Assembly (NCBI RefSeq): GCF_000020025.1
Contig: NC_010632.1
Coordinates: 1 to 32,000 of the forward strand
Source of the DNA: Nostoc punctiforme PCC 73102
GTDB lineage: Bacteria; Cyanobacteriota; Cyanobacteriia; Cyanobacteriales; Nostocaceae
Direction of reading: 5' to 3'
DNA length: 32,000 bases
Of this stretch, positions 1 to 9,000 are shown one piece after another. Under the pieces are notes generated by a model. That model saw only the letters and a program-made list of their open reading frames with translations. It was not told where the DNA came from and did no database searches. The stretch's first letter is position 1. The number at the start of each line of letters is the position of its first letter. The translations under genes and the position numbers were made by a program.

Positions 1-102
1 TGTACCCCAAGGAGCCCCCATGTGTGCCCCACTTAGCAGTCATATTCTCCCAAAAGTACTGTTCTATGTTTGGGGTACATACAGCCCCCATATAGCCCCC
101 AT
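1..102. repeat. Iteron-like repeat cluster at window edge
   Basis: AGCCCCCAT occurs three times (13-21, 83-91, 94-102), with a related GTGCCCCAC at about 23-31. A 10-bp inverted repeat TGTACCCCAA / TTGGGGTACA lies at 1-10 and 70-79. The cluster is upstream of the partition genes. Any function (parS, iteron) is inference, and the cluster may continue beyond the window. Confidence 0.6.
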
Positions 103-243
103 ACAAATTTTAAAGTTTTTTCATGAGTAAAATAAAAGTGCTGCTTTTGATTGGTTAGTTAAGTATCTGAATATTTGAAAAGGCTAAGATTCAAGGAAAG
201 CGGTTAACTACGTTCAATTATTTAAACCGCAGTAAGCTAAACA

Positions 244-486
244 ATGGCAACCAAAGAAATCTTCGTTAAAGAATACACCGTCAAAGCGCATAAACGGCAA
301 ATCCACACGCGCTTATTCAACTTCGTCTGTTGTAAGCAATGCGATCAACCCACCAGTCGTGAGACTTACGCCCCATGCCCCTTGTACTGCGAAACCTGTC
401 GTCCACCTGCACCACCTAAGAAATCTTTAGTGGAGCCGGAGAAGAAGGGTAAGCCAAGACCCATGACTTATAAAAGTGATAAGTAG
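244..486 (+). CDS. Small zinc-ribbon-like protein (80 aa), paralog of 4424..4672
   Basis: Intact ORF with two Cys pairs (CCKQC ... CETC). It shares the block EYTV.AHKR.IHTR.FNFVC.QC.QPT.RET....PLYCE.CRPP.PKKS with the ORF at 4424..4672. Conservation between diverged paralogs supports real coding. Confidence 0.6.
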   Translation: MATKEIFVKEYTVKAHKRQIHTRLFNFVCCKQCDQPTSRETYAPCPLYCETCRPPAPPKKSLVEPEKKGKPRPMTYKSDK

Positions 487-557
487 GTCAACTCTGTGGT
501 ATAAGAGCAGTCATGCCAACTCAACAAATTTTTTTTTGGTTTATTTATGGCATATTA

Positions 558-583
558 AATCTCAGATTTTAAAATCTGAGATT
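558..583. promoter_or_regulatory. 26-bp perfect palindrome AATCTCAGATTTT|AAAATCTGAGATT just upstream of parA
   Basis: Perfect dyad read directly from the sequence. It ends 5 nt before the TTG at 589. It is a candidate operator or centromere-like site for the ParA/ParB pair; that function is inference. Confidence 0.55.
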
Positions 584-588
584 AAACT

Positions 589-1452
589 TTGACAAATATA
601 TTAGAAGTAGCTGTGCCAAAAACAGAAAATCAAAAGGTAGTCTTAGCTATTCTCAGTAATGCTGGAGGTAGTGGTAAAACTACTTTAGCAACACACTTAG
701 CTTATGAATTAGCTAATCGGAAAGTCGGTCGTCGCACTTGCTCAGTAGGACTTATTGATTTAGATCCTCAAGGCTCTCTAAGTTTATTTTGTGGATTAGA
801 GAAACCTTCAGATCCTGAACAGTCTGTTTCTGCTGTATTATCTGATAATTTTTCAGGTAATTGGCCTTTTGTATCATGTTGGAGCAAGTACAAGCTGAAA
901 GTGGAAGTTTGCCAAAGCATACAACAGCCTCTGCTAAAAACTGCTGATGATTTAGTTAATCATCCCCGTGGCCCTTATCTTCTAGCTGATAGTCTTAAAG
1001 ATTATCCTGTAGAGCATGATTTCATAATCATTGATTGTCCTGCTACATTAGGGCGACTCAATTTAGCTGCACTTGCAGCTAGCACTCATATTCTTATCCC
1101 TATACAGCTTGAGCCAAAAAGTGCTAGTGGAGCATCTGAACTACTCCAATTTTATTTTATTGAGTGTAGAAGATTACGATTAGATCCTTACCCACAAATC
1201 ATGGGAATAGTCCCTAATCAATATAGAGCAGATCAGGCTATTCATAACGAGATTTTGGCACAAATGCCGACTATTATTCAGCAGTTACAACTTAAAAATG
1301 CTCATTGTTACCCAGAGATTAGGTTTTCTTATGAGTTTAGCAATGCCTCGGGAGCAGGATTACCACTGCATCTTTATCGAAAGAGACACCCCGCTTGCAA
1401 AGACTTTGCCAAACTATCATCTGACTTATCGGCCATTATAGGAGCAAAGTAA
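589..1452 (+). CDS. parA: ParA/Soj-family partition ATPase
   Basis: P-loop VVLAILSNAGGSGKTTLA, DLDPQGS, and Walker B-like IIIDCPATLG, followed 1 nt later by parB. The start is uncertain: TTG at 589 or GTG at 613. Confidence 0.85.
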   Translation: MTNILEVAVPKTENQKVVLAILSNAGGSGKTTLATHLAYELANRKVGRRTCSVGLIDLDPQGSLSLFCGLEKPSDPEQSVSAVLSDNFSGNWPFVSCWSKYKLKVEVCQSIQQPLLKTADDLVNHPRGPYLLADSLKDYPVEHDFIIIDCPATLGRLNLAALAASTHILIPIQLEPKSASGASELLQFYFIECRRLRLDPYPQIMGIVPNQYRADQAIHNEILAQMPTIIQQLQLKNAHCYPEIRFSYEFSNASGAGLPLHLYRKRHPACKDFAKLSSDLSAIIGAK

Positions 1453-1453
1453 A

Positions 1454-2578
1454 ATGGCACGTTCAAAAGTAGATTTAACAAAAATGTTTAGTACTGCTGC
1501 TCAAATGTCAGATGCAGAAGTTGAGATCAATAAACTGCAAGTAGAAGTCGAGCGCCTGAGAGCTTTACAAGCCCCAGAGTTAGAAGCGCAAATTGCCGCG
1601 TTACGTGAACAATTAACAATGCAGTCGGGGCAACAGGAAATAGATATAACCTTAATTTGCCCCAATCCTGAGCAACCAAGAAAAACATTTTCTGCCCAAA
1701 GTATTAACTCTATGGCACGTACTTTGGAAAAAGATGGACAGCTACAGCCTGTAATTTTAATAACACAAGGTTCAGGTTTTGATTTATTTGATGGTGAAAG
1801 ACGATGGCGTGCAGGAATGCAACTGAACTGGAAGACATTAAAATCTGTTGTCATGCCTCGCCCTCAAGATTTGCATAGGAAAGCACTGCTTACAACACTA
1901 TATCGTGAAGACCTCAACCCTCTTGATAAAGCAGAAGCTCTTTTAAAAGAAATTTCTGAGCAAACAGAAGTTAACTTGGCAGAAGCCCCGCGTATTTTAG
2001 CTACTGCTGTTCGTCGTCTAGAATATCAAAAACGCATGAAACAGGTGGGTGAATTAATTGGAGAAAGTGATGAGAAACAAAATCAAGTTTTAAATGACCT
2101 CGATCTAAATGATGCAGAAAAGCAGATTTTCAAGGTTTTGTTAGATTTAGGTTTAAATCCAGCATCAGTGACAGCTAATGATTTTCGGATGTTATCGCTT
2201 TTTCCAGATTTGCAAGCGGCGATTCGAGATTCCAATCTTAAGGCTGCTCATGCGATGGTATTACAAAGATTGTCAGCTAAAAAGCTAGAAGTAGATGAGA
2301 AAAAAGTAGTAAAAATCAGAGTAGAAACTACCCAAAAAGTCGTTGAGCAAAATTTAACACTTCTAGAAACTCAAGAACTTGTCAATCAAATTATTTCAAA
2401 TAATGCACCCAAGCCTGCTAGCGATCCAAATGATAAACAAGTAAAAAATATAATGCGTGGCTTGAAAGAGCTTAGTGTAGATAAAATTGAGCGTTCTAAT
2501 CTCAAAAAGTTTCATCAATCTTTACAGCAAAAACTTAAAGAAATAGAAGCTGTACTCCAAGCGGATGATTATAGCTAA
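1454..2578 (+). CDS. parB: ParB-family partition/DNA-binding protein
   Basis: ParB N-terminal domain motifs (ICPNPEQPRK, LQPVILI, FDLFDGERRWRA). It is located directly after parA. The C-terminal half is long and helical. Confidence 0.8.
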   Translation: MARSKVDLTKMFSTAAQMSDAEVEINKLQVEVERLRALQAPELEAQIAALREQLTMQSGQQEIDITLICPNPEQPRKTFSAQSINSMARTLEKDGQLQPVILITQGSGFDLFDGERRWRAGMQLNWKTLKSVVMPRPQDLHRKALLTTLYREDLNPLDKAEALLKEISEQTEVNLAEAPRILATAVRRLEYQKRMKQVGELIGESDEKQNQVLNDLDLNDAEKQIFKVLLDLGLNPASVTANDFRMLSLFPDLQAAIRDSNLKAAHAMVLQRLSAKKLEVDEKKVVKIRVETTQKVVEQNLTLLETQELVNQIISNNAPKPASDPNDKQVKNIMRGLKELSVDKIERSNLKKFHQSLQQKLKEIEAVLQADDYS

Positions 2579-2618
2579 TAAGACTTTAATGCTGTTTAAG
2601 TTTGACAACTAACCGAGG

Positions 2619-3065
2619 GTGTTGCAGAAAATCTTCAGCGAATTCGTTAAGCGGCAGAATCCATTTATAGTCTTGATCCAAAAACACCCGATACGATGCA
2701 ATTATCGGTAGTGCTAAGTCCGTTGGCCTACCAAACCCAAATGAGTATTTACTGTCAGGGAGCAAAGTAGTTTTGCGTATATCAATAGATGCTAAATCGT
2801 TGACACCCTTTCTTCTGGGGTTACTAATATGATCTTGGATGATTTCATAGAGTCTTTGGTCTATCCACAAGGCTTGAGAGAGTAAAGGCAGTAGGGCAGT
2901 TAATCTTTCCCTCTCAGTGTCGCTAATTTAAGTTAATTAGAGTTGAGTTGGTCTTGAACTTGTGCAATCAGAAAATCTAAAATTATCTAAGCGGGACAGT
3001 TTATCTTTCACTAATTAACTGTAACAAGGCTTCAGTTGATATCTTGCCACTAATATCAGTAGCTT
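2619..3065 (-). pseudogene. Deletion-derivative remnant of the AIPR-like gene plus the SNF2 3' end
   Basis: 2619-2929 aligns by eye with 4994-5304 (the C-terminal part of the AIPR-like CDS). 2931-3065 aligns with 6008-6142 (the intergenic spacer plus the last ~20 codons of the SNF2 gene). About 700 bp encoding the AIPR N-terminus, including its start codon, is missing. The tracked ORF 2586..2870 is the residual frame. Confidence 0.8.
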
Positions 3066-3099
3066 TATTAGAACTTCATTCATCATTCACTAATCTATA

Positions 3100-4050
3100 A
3101 TGCTCAGTCCAACTACCGACTCAGTTCGCTCCTACCTTAAAGAAATCGGTCGCTATCCTCTGCTGACTCCTGACCAAGAAATTACAAACGCTCGACTCGT
3201 GCAGCAGATGATGGCGGTTGAAGAACAGCGCTCAAACCTCGCACTTCAACTCAACCGCCAACCAACTGACTTGGAATTAGCTACGTCGCTTGGGCAAAAC
3301 GAAGCTGAACTACAATCAGTCATCCAACAAGGCCAAAAGGCTAAACAGAAAATGGTGACAGCTAACCTGCGTCTAGTGGTTTCTGTTGCCAAAAAATACC
3401 AGAACTACAGTTTAGATTTTCTTGACTTGCTGCAAGAAGGGGCGCTGGGGCTGCAACGAGGGATTGAAAAGTTTGACCCTAACAAAGGCTACAAACTATC
3501 AACCTATGTTTATTGGTGGATCACGCAATCGATAACACGGGCTGTAGCAGATAAGTCTCGCACTATCCGTCTGCCAATCCATATAAACGAAAAATTAAAC
3601 AAAATCAGGAGAGTACAGCAGCAACTATCTCAATCTTTGGGTCGCCCTCCAGTTGTGGCAGAAATTGCCGAATCGTTGAATCTATCGCCCAATCAAATAC
3701 GGGAATATCTTCAGATTTCTAAGCCTCTAGTCTCCTTAGAAAAGCGAGTGGGAGATGAGGGTGAAAGTGAACTAGCCGATATTTTGCCGATGGATGGCAT
3801 TTCTCTAGATGAGCAAATAACTCTTGAGTCTCTACAGCAGGACTTAGCCAAGTTGCTGGCATTGCTTAAGCCAAGGCAACGAGAAGTATTGACTTTACGT
3901 TTTGGATTGTCAGATAATCAGCAGTTGACTTTGAGTCAAGTTGCAAAACGCCTAAACCTAAGTCGAGAAACAATTCGTAAAACTGAACATCTTGCTCTCT
4001 CTATTTTGCGCTCTCATCAAAATAAAATTAAAGACTATCTTCTTAATTAA
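3100..4050 (+). CDS. RNA polymerase sigma-70 family factor (group-2-like)
   Basis: Region 1.2 SVRSYLKEIGRYPLLT. Region 2 LVVSVAKKYQ..LDFLDLLQEGALGLQRGIEKFDPNKGYKLSTYVYWWITQSITRAV. RpoD-box-like TIRLPIHINEKLNKI. Region 4.2 LTLSQVAKRLNLSRETIRKTE. Confidence 0.9.
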   Translation: MLSPTTDSVRSYLKEIGRYPLLTPDQEITNARLVQQMMAVEEQRSNLALQLNRQPTDLELATSLGQNEAELQSVIQQGQKAKQKMVTANLRLVVSVAKKYQNYSLDFLDLLQEGALGLQRGIEKFDPNKGYKLSTYVYWWITQSITRAVADKSRTIRLPIHINEKLNKIRRVQQQLSQSLGRPPVVAEIAESLNLSPNQIREYLQISKPLVSLEKRVGDEGESELADILPMDGISLDEQITLESLQQDLAKLLALLKPRQREVLTLRFGLSDNQQLTLSQVAKRLNLSRETIRKTEHLALSILRSHQNKIKDYLLN

Positions 4051-4063
4051 GTGTTTCATTTGT

Positions 4064-4369
4064 ATGAGCAAAACCCGCTACTCCAAAGATTGGAAACAAA
4101 TCGCTACAGCTGTAAAAGATGCTTCCAATTGGCGCTGTACCAAGTGCGATCGCATCTGCTTGCGCCCTGGTGAGAAACCATCAGAGCTAACTCTATCCCA
4201 ACGCCGGGTTTATAACCTTCAAGTACACCATTACAACTTCGACCCATCTGATAACCGAAAAGAAAACTTGGGCTGTCTTTGCAGTGGCTGCCATCTTCAC
4301 TATCACCGATTTAGACGAGGCAATATTTCACCTGGGCAATTGTCACTGTTTCAATTAAATGATGCATGA
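4064..4369 (+). CDS. HNH endonuclease-like protein (about 101 aa)
   Basis: WRCTKCDR ... LQVHHYNFDPSDNRKENLGCLCSGCHLHYH gives an HNH/Cys-box pattern. I chose the ATG at 4064 because the tracked start at 3992 overlaps the sigma gene and encodes a hydrophobic, junk-like leader. Confidence 0.75.
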   Translation: MSKTRYSKDWKQIATAVKDASNWRCTKCDRICLRPGEKPSELTLSQRRVYNLQVHHYNFDPSDNRKENLGCLCSGCHLHYHRFRRGNISPGQLSLFQLNDA

Positions 4370-4423
4370 ATATATTGCTATCTAAAAACTATCCTTATAA
4401 ATAGAACACCGATTACAGAACCG

Positions 4424-4672
4424 ATGCCCAGCAAAACTATTGATGTCCGAGAGTACACCGTCAGAGCGCACAAGCGGGAAATTCACACCCGCGTTTTCAA
4501 CTTCGTATGTAAGCAGTGCGAACAACCCACGCAAAGAGAAACTTTTGGTGTGCGACCTCTATATTGCGAGAAATGCCGTCCGCCACAAGCACCCAAGAAA
4601 TCAGTAGTCCCGATAGACAAGAGGAAACCCAGAGCGATGAACTACAAAAGCGGGAAAGGCATTGCGGGGTAA
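4424..4672 (+). CDS. Small zinc-ribbon-like protein (82 aa), paralog of 244..486
   Basis: Same conserved block and Cys pairs (CKQC ... CEKC) as 244..486. Confidence 0.6.
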
Positions 4673-4798
4673 TATTTTTGTTTTAAGGTGGAGGCGATCG
4701 CAGGCTTTTTTGGTAAACCTCCAAACGCTCTCTAAACAAATATTTGCCCAGCCAAAAAGCCGGAACAAGTAGTATGATTTCTCTCCAGCTTACTGGTT

Positions 4799-6007
4799 TT
4801 AACCTGAAGTCAACGTTAATTTCTGACGCTGATTGCCAGAGTTAACCATTTTCACCAAGGAAGAATTCAAATAGCTTTGCGCCGAAATATACAAGCTTTC
4901 CCAAATGTCTTGGTTACGGCTAATTTTCGTACCTACGGTATTTCCTGCTGTTTTCTCCGACACTAAATATTTACGGAAATAGTTCGTCCACAAGTGTTGC
5001 AGAAAATCTTCGGCGAATTCGTTAAAGGGCAGAATCCATTTATAATCTTGATCCAAAAACACTCGATAGGATGCAATTATCGGTAATACCAGGTCAGTTG
5101 GCGCACCAAACCCGAATGAATACTTGCTGTCCGGCAACAACGTCGTTTTACGTATATCAATAGATGCTAAATCATTAACACCCTTTCTTCTGGGGTTGCT
5201 AATATGATCTTGGATGATTTCATAGAGTCTTTGCTCTATCCACAAGGCATGAGTTAGTAGAGGTAGCAGGGCAGTTAATCTTTCCCTCTCAGTGTCGCTA
5301 ATTTGAGAGGGGATACTCATACCTGCCGGGTGCTTGGTTCGTTTATTGCTGTCGGGGTTGTATTTATTTCTGTCCAGGCAGTAAAGGAGCTTCAGCAAAT
5401 GGGTTACATTGCACTGGGCATTTCTGGGAGCGCCACTTTGATTCTGGTAATAGGCAATGCGGAATTTTCTATCTTCTGCCTTTTCTAACTGAGCTAAATA
5501 CTGCTTGATGAATTTGTAATCCCCCCTGGCGTTGACTTTAGAGCGAGAATCTACTGGCGTTGTTGTATTTGATGCCAGGGCGATATCTTTGGCTTCATCT
5601 TCCACTAACCCAATGTGGATAGTGACTTTGACTCTAGCTTGGCTTAGGTCGTATTTGTAATTCTTCGCCTGCTCAAAAGCTAAAACTGTATGACCACCGT
5701 TAATAATCCCATCGCTTCCTCCCTCACTAGCTTCTAAGACTTCTAGTTCAAGTTCGGTTTTATTTTTATTGGGTTTAATTTTATTTACACACAGGGTTAT
5801 TCCACTGTGACGCGAGAAGAATTTATCTGGTTGTGTCGTCACTGAGTCGAAGATTTGCCTGTATGTCGCACTTTTGCGGTTTGGTTCCCTGATGTTTGGT
5901 TCTAGCGGTAGGTCTGTAGGGAATGTGTCTACATGGGCAGTGGCGATAATGCAATTAGGTGCGGCTTGAAAATAGCTATCTATTTTTAAGTTCCAAGTCT
6001 TGGGCAT
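4799..6007 (-). CDS. AIPR-like (abortive infection phage resistance family) / ParB-DndB-fold-like protein
   Basis: 402-aa intact ORF located 70 nt downstream of the SNF2 gene on the same strand. The motifs PNIREPNRKS, FFSRHSGITL and GIINGGHT resemble the N.R ... NNGIT ... NGGQT pattern I associate with Pfam AIPR (PF10592). This assignment is from memory of the family and has not been searched. Confidence 0.55.
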   Translation of the reverse strand: MPKTWNLKIDSYFQAAPNCIIATAHVDTFPTDLPLEPNIREPNRKSATYRQIFDSVTTQPDKFFSRHSGITLCVNKIKPNKNKTELELEVLEASEGGSDGIINGGHTVLAFEQAKNYKYDLSQARVKVTIHIGLVEDEAKDIALASNTTTPVDSRSKVNARGDYKFIKQYLAQLEKAEDRKFRIAYYQNQSGAPRNAQCNVTHLLKLLYCLDRNKYNPDSNKRTKHPAGMSIPSQISDTERERLTALLPLLTHALWIEQRLYEIIQDHISNPRRKGVNDLASIDIRKTTLLPDSKYSFGFGAPTDLVLPIIASYRVFLDQDYKWILPFNEFAEDFLQHLWTNYFRKYLVSEKTAGNTVGTKISRNQDIWESLYISAQSYLNSSLVKMVNSGNQRQKLTLTSG

Positions 6008-6077
6008 AGTTGATTAGAGTTAAGTTGGTCTTGAACTTGTACAAACAGAAAATCTAAAATTATGCAATCAGAACAGC

Positions 6078-9000
6078 TTATCCTTGACTAATTAACTGTA
6101 ACAAGGCTTCCGTTGATATCTTGCCACTCATATCAGTACCTTCTAAGAGACTGTCTGCTAAATCTCGCTTTTGGTGATGCAGTTGCACAATCTTTTCTTC
6201 AATAGTATCTTTTGCAACTAGACGATAAATTGTCACTGGGCGTTGTTGCCCAATCCGATGAGCGCGGTCTGAAGCTTGGTCTTCCACAGCGGGATTCCAC
6301 CAAGGGTCTGTATGGATGACATAATCAGCAGCAGTCAGATTGAGTCCTGTACCTCCGGCTTTGAGACTAATAAGAAAGACATCCCCTGAACCAGCCTGAA
6401 ACGCATCCACCCGTTTTTTACGCTCTGCCACTGAAGTACTGCCATCTAGATATTGATAATTAATCCCTTGCTGTTCGAGGTAATCGCGGATAATGTGCAA
6501 ATGGTCAACAAACTGACTAAACACTAACGCCTTATGACGATTTTCCAGCAGTTCACCCAGCACCTCACCAAAAAGTTGCAACTTAGAACTGGGTAATACA
6601 GTATCAGGCATCACTAAACTAGGATTACAACAAGCGCGACGTAATTTCATAATCTCAGCCAAAACTTGCAAATGTTTCTTTCCAGCATCTGCATCACTTT
6701 CGGTAAGTTTAGATATTGCTTGACGGCGCAATGCCTCATAAAATGCCTTTTCTTCTCGACTTAACTCTACATGAAGGAGAATTTCGGTACGAGATGGCAA
6801 CTCTTCTAACACCTGATTTTTTGTCCGACGCAACAGAAATGGTTGAATCAGTTTTTTGAGTTTATTACGTGCAAGTTTATCCTGATATTTTTCAATTGGG
6901 ACGGCAAAGCGTTGATTGAAGCTTTCAAATGAACCCAATAATCCAGGATTAATAAAGCGGAACAAATTCCACAACTCACCCAGGTGATTCTCAATGGGAG
7001 TCCCAGTAGTCAGCAACTTAAAATTAGATTTTAGGTTCATGGCTGCCTGAGAACGTTTAGTGGTCATATTTTTAATCGCCTGGGCTTCATCCAGGACAAT
7101 AGTTTGCCAGTGTACAACAGAGAGCATTTGAGCTACTTCTTCCTGCTGTAATAAACCATAGCTGCATACCAACATATCTAACGGTTGTAACCCATCCAAT
7201 AATTTTTGGCGGTTAGCACCAGAAAATTGAATAATATTGAGGGTTGGGGCAAACTTCTGCGCTTCACTCACCCAATTCATGCACACAGAAGTGGGGGCAA
7301 TAATTAGGGTTGGCCCTTCATGGGCATTTCTGAGAATGACCGCCAATGCCTGCAAGGTCTTACCGAGTCCCATTTGGTCTGCCAAACAAGCTCCTACACC
7401 CCAATGTGCCAAACGCGCCAGCCAACAAAAACCCTCCATCTGGTAGTCACGTAGTTCTGCTTGAAGGGTAGATGGCAGTTCTGGCTGGAGGTTTTTTACC
7501 TCATGGAGATGCTCTCTATGTGTTTTCCAGTGTTTATCTGCTTTTACCTTACCTACCTCATCGACAAAATCTTCTAACCCTAATGTTGCCAATGGGTGAA
7601 AACGAATACCTTTATTATGCTTTTCCGAAAACATCCGTAATTCGTCGAGGCGTTTCCGAAAAGCTTGAGTTAAAGCCAGAAATTGACCATCACCAAGGGG
7701 GATAAATCGGCTGGGGGTTTTCTCCAACAGTTCCAGGAGTTGCTGCATATCTAGCACAAGGTCGTTATTCAATTTCAACTCACCAGTGGCTGCAAACCAG
7801 TCTTGCTGACGTTGAATTGATAAATTAAAGTCTTTCAGGTCGGCATTGTGGCTAATATGCAGCTTTTCTCCTTCTGGCCACGCCATGACTACTTTATTTC
7901 CCAGCGCTTGCAGTTCTAGCAGCAGTTCTAAACATGACTCTGGGTCAACTATTACCCATTCACCATCTTGTTCTTCACTTTGAGCCAAGGTGGGACAGGC
8001 GGCTACAGCGTCGGCGGCAAGTTGCTTCTCAAGAGAAAGATTTCGTCTGGTTTGGAAACGTTTACCCTCAATCTCAGCAATGACAGTTTCACCACCTGTA
8101 CCAGGACGAAAGTAAGGGCCACCTTGGGTAAAAGGGCGCGACAACAGGGTGATTTTCAAGCCGACATTGGCAGGTAAAAGGTGAATATGGGGTAGAGTCT
8201 GGGCGGGTACTTCTTCTGCACCTTCTGAGCCGCCACCAATGTCAGAATGCACTGTGACGATGCCAGAAACGGCATTTATGGCTGCTAAAACTTGCTTTTC
8301 GGCGAAGGCAGGTACGTTTAATTTATTATCCTTACCTATAATCTGTGCGATGCGTCTGTGTTCGGTTGTAATTTCAATAACTTTGATGCGAGTTGGGGTT
8401 TCTTTGATATGCAGAATATTCTGTGATTCTGGTAATTTGGGAGAAAATTCCAAGGTGAGACGACCAAGTTTTTCTTTTTTAACTAGTAGTTCCGGTTCTC
8501 CCTTGACGATTTCTACACGAATATTGGGCATATCTTCCCAAAAAACTAAGGGGTGTCCAATTAAGGCAGAGATGGCTTTTTCGCCGAAGGTATAATCAAC
8601 TTTGCCATAATAGCCCTCACTATATACCTCAATACAACTGCATACCCGCATATCTTGGGGCGTGACGTAATCAAACTCAGCTAATCCACTGCTCAGGCGT
8701 TTGAGGGCTATAGGGCGACCTTTACTCCATTCTCCTTTGGCATTAACTTTTTGTTCCTTTGGTTGTAAGACACATTTGCTGGGATAGAAAGTAATGAACC
8801 ATGCTAAACGCAGTTGGGATTCTGGTTTTAGAGATGTTTGTGGTTGTTTTTGGAGATTTGCTAAGGCATTGAGGCACATTTCCCAAGCCTCTTGGGGTCG
8901 AATTAGGTCTACGATGGTTTGAATATTGCTATCTTCTCGCAGTGCTTCTGCTTCTTTTTGATACTTACTACTAGGTTTAAGCCGGGATAGGAGTTCTGCG

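Noticed and set aside
1501-1854. Minus-strand 117-aa ORF inside parB
   Set aside because: It is fully embedded antisense in a gene with ParB motifs, and its sequence is Cys/Ser-rich.
3992-4063. Upstream extension of the HNH ORF to a start at 3992
   Set aside because: It overlaps the 3' end of the sigma gene and encodes a low-complexity hydrophobic leader. The ATG at 4064 gives a normal HNH protein.
5303-5488. Plus-strand 61-aa ORF inside the AIPR-like gene
   Set aside because: It is an antisense shadow ORF.
7237-8595. Four plus-strand ORFs (7237..7446, 7472..7705, 7968..8177, 8239..8595) inside the SNF2 gene
   Set aside because: They are antisense shadows of a 1403-aa ORF with unambiguous SNF2 motifs. 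Their compositions are Cys/Arg/Ser-rich and not protein-like.
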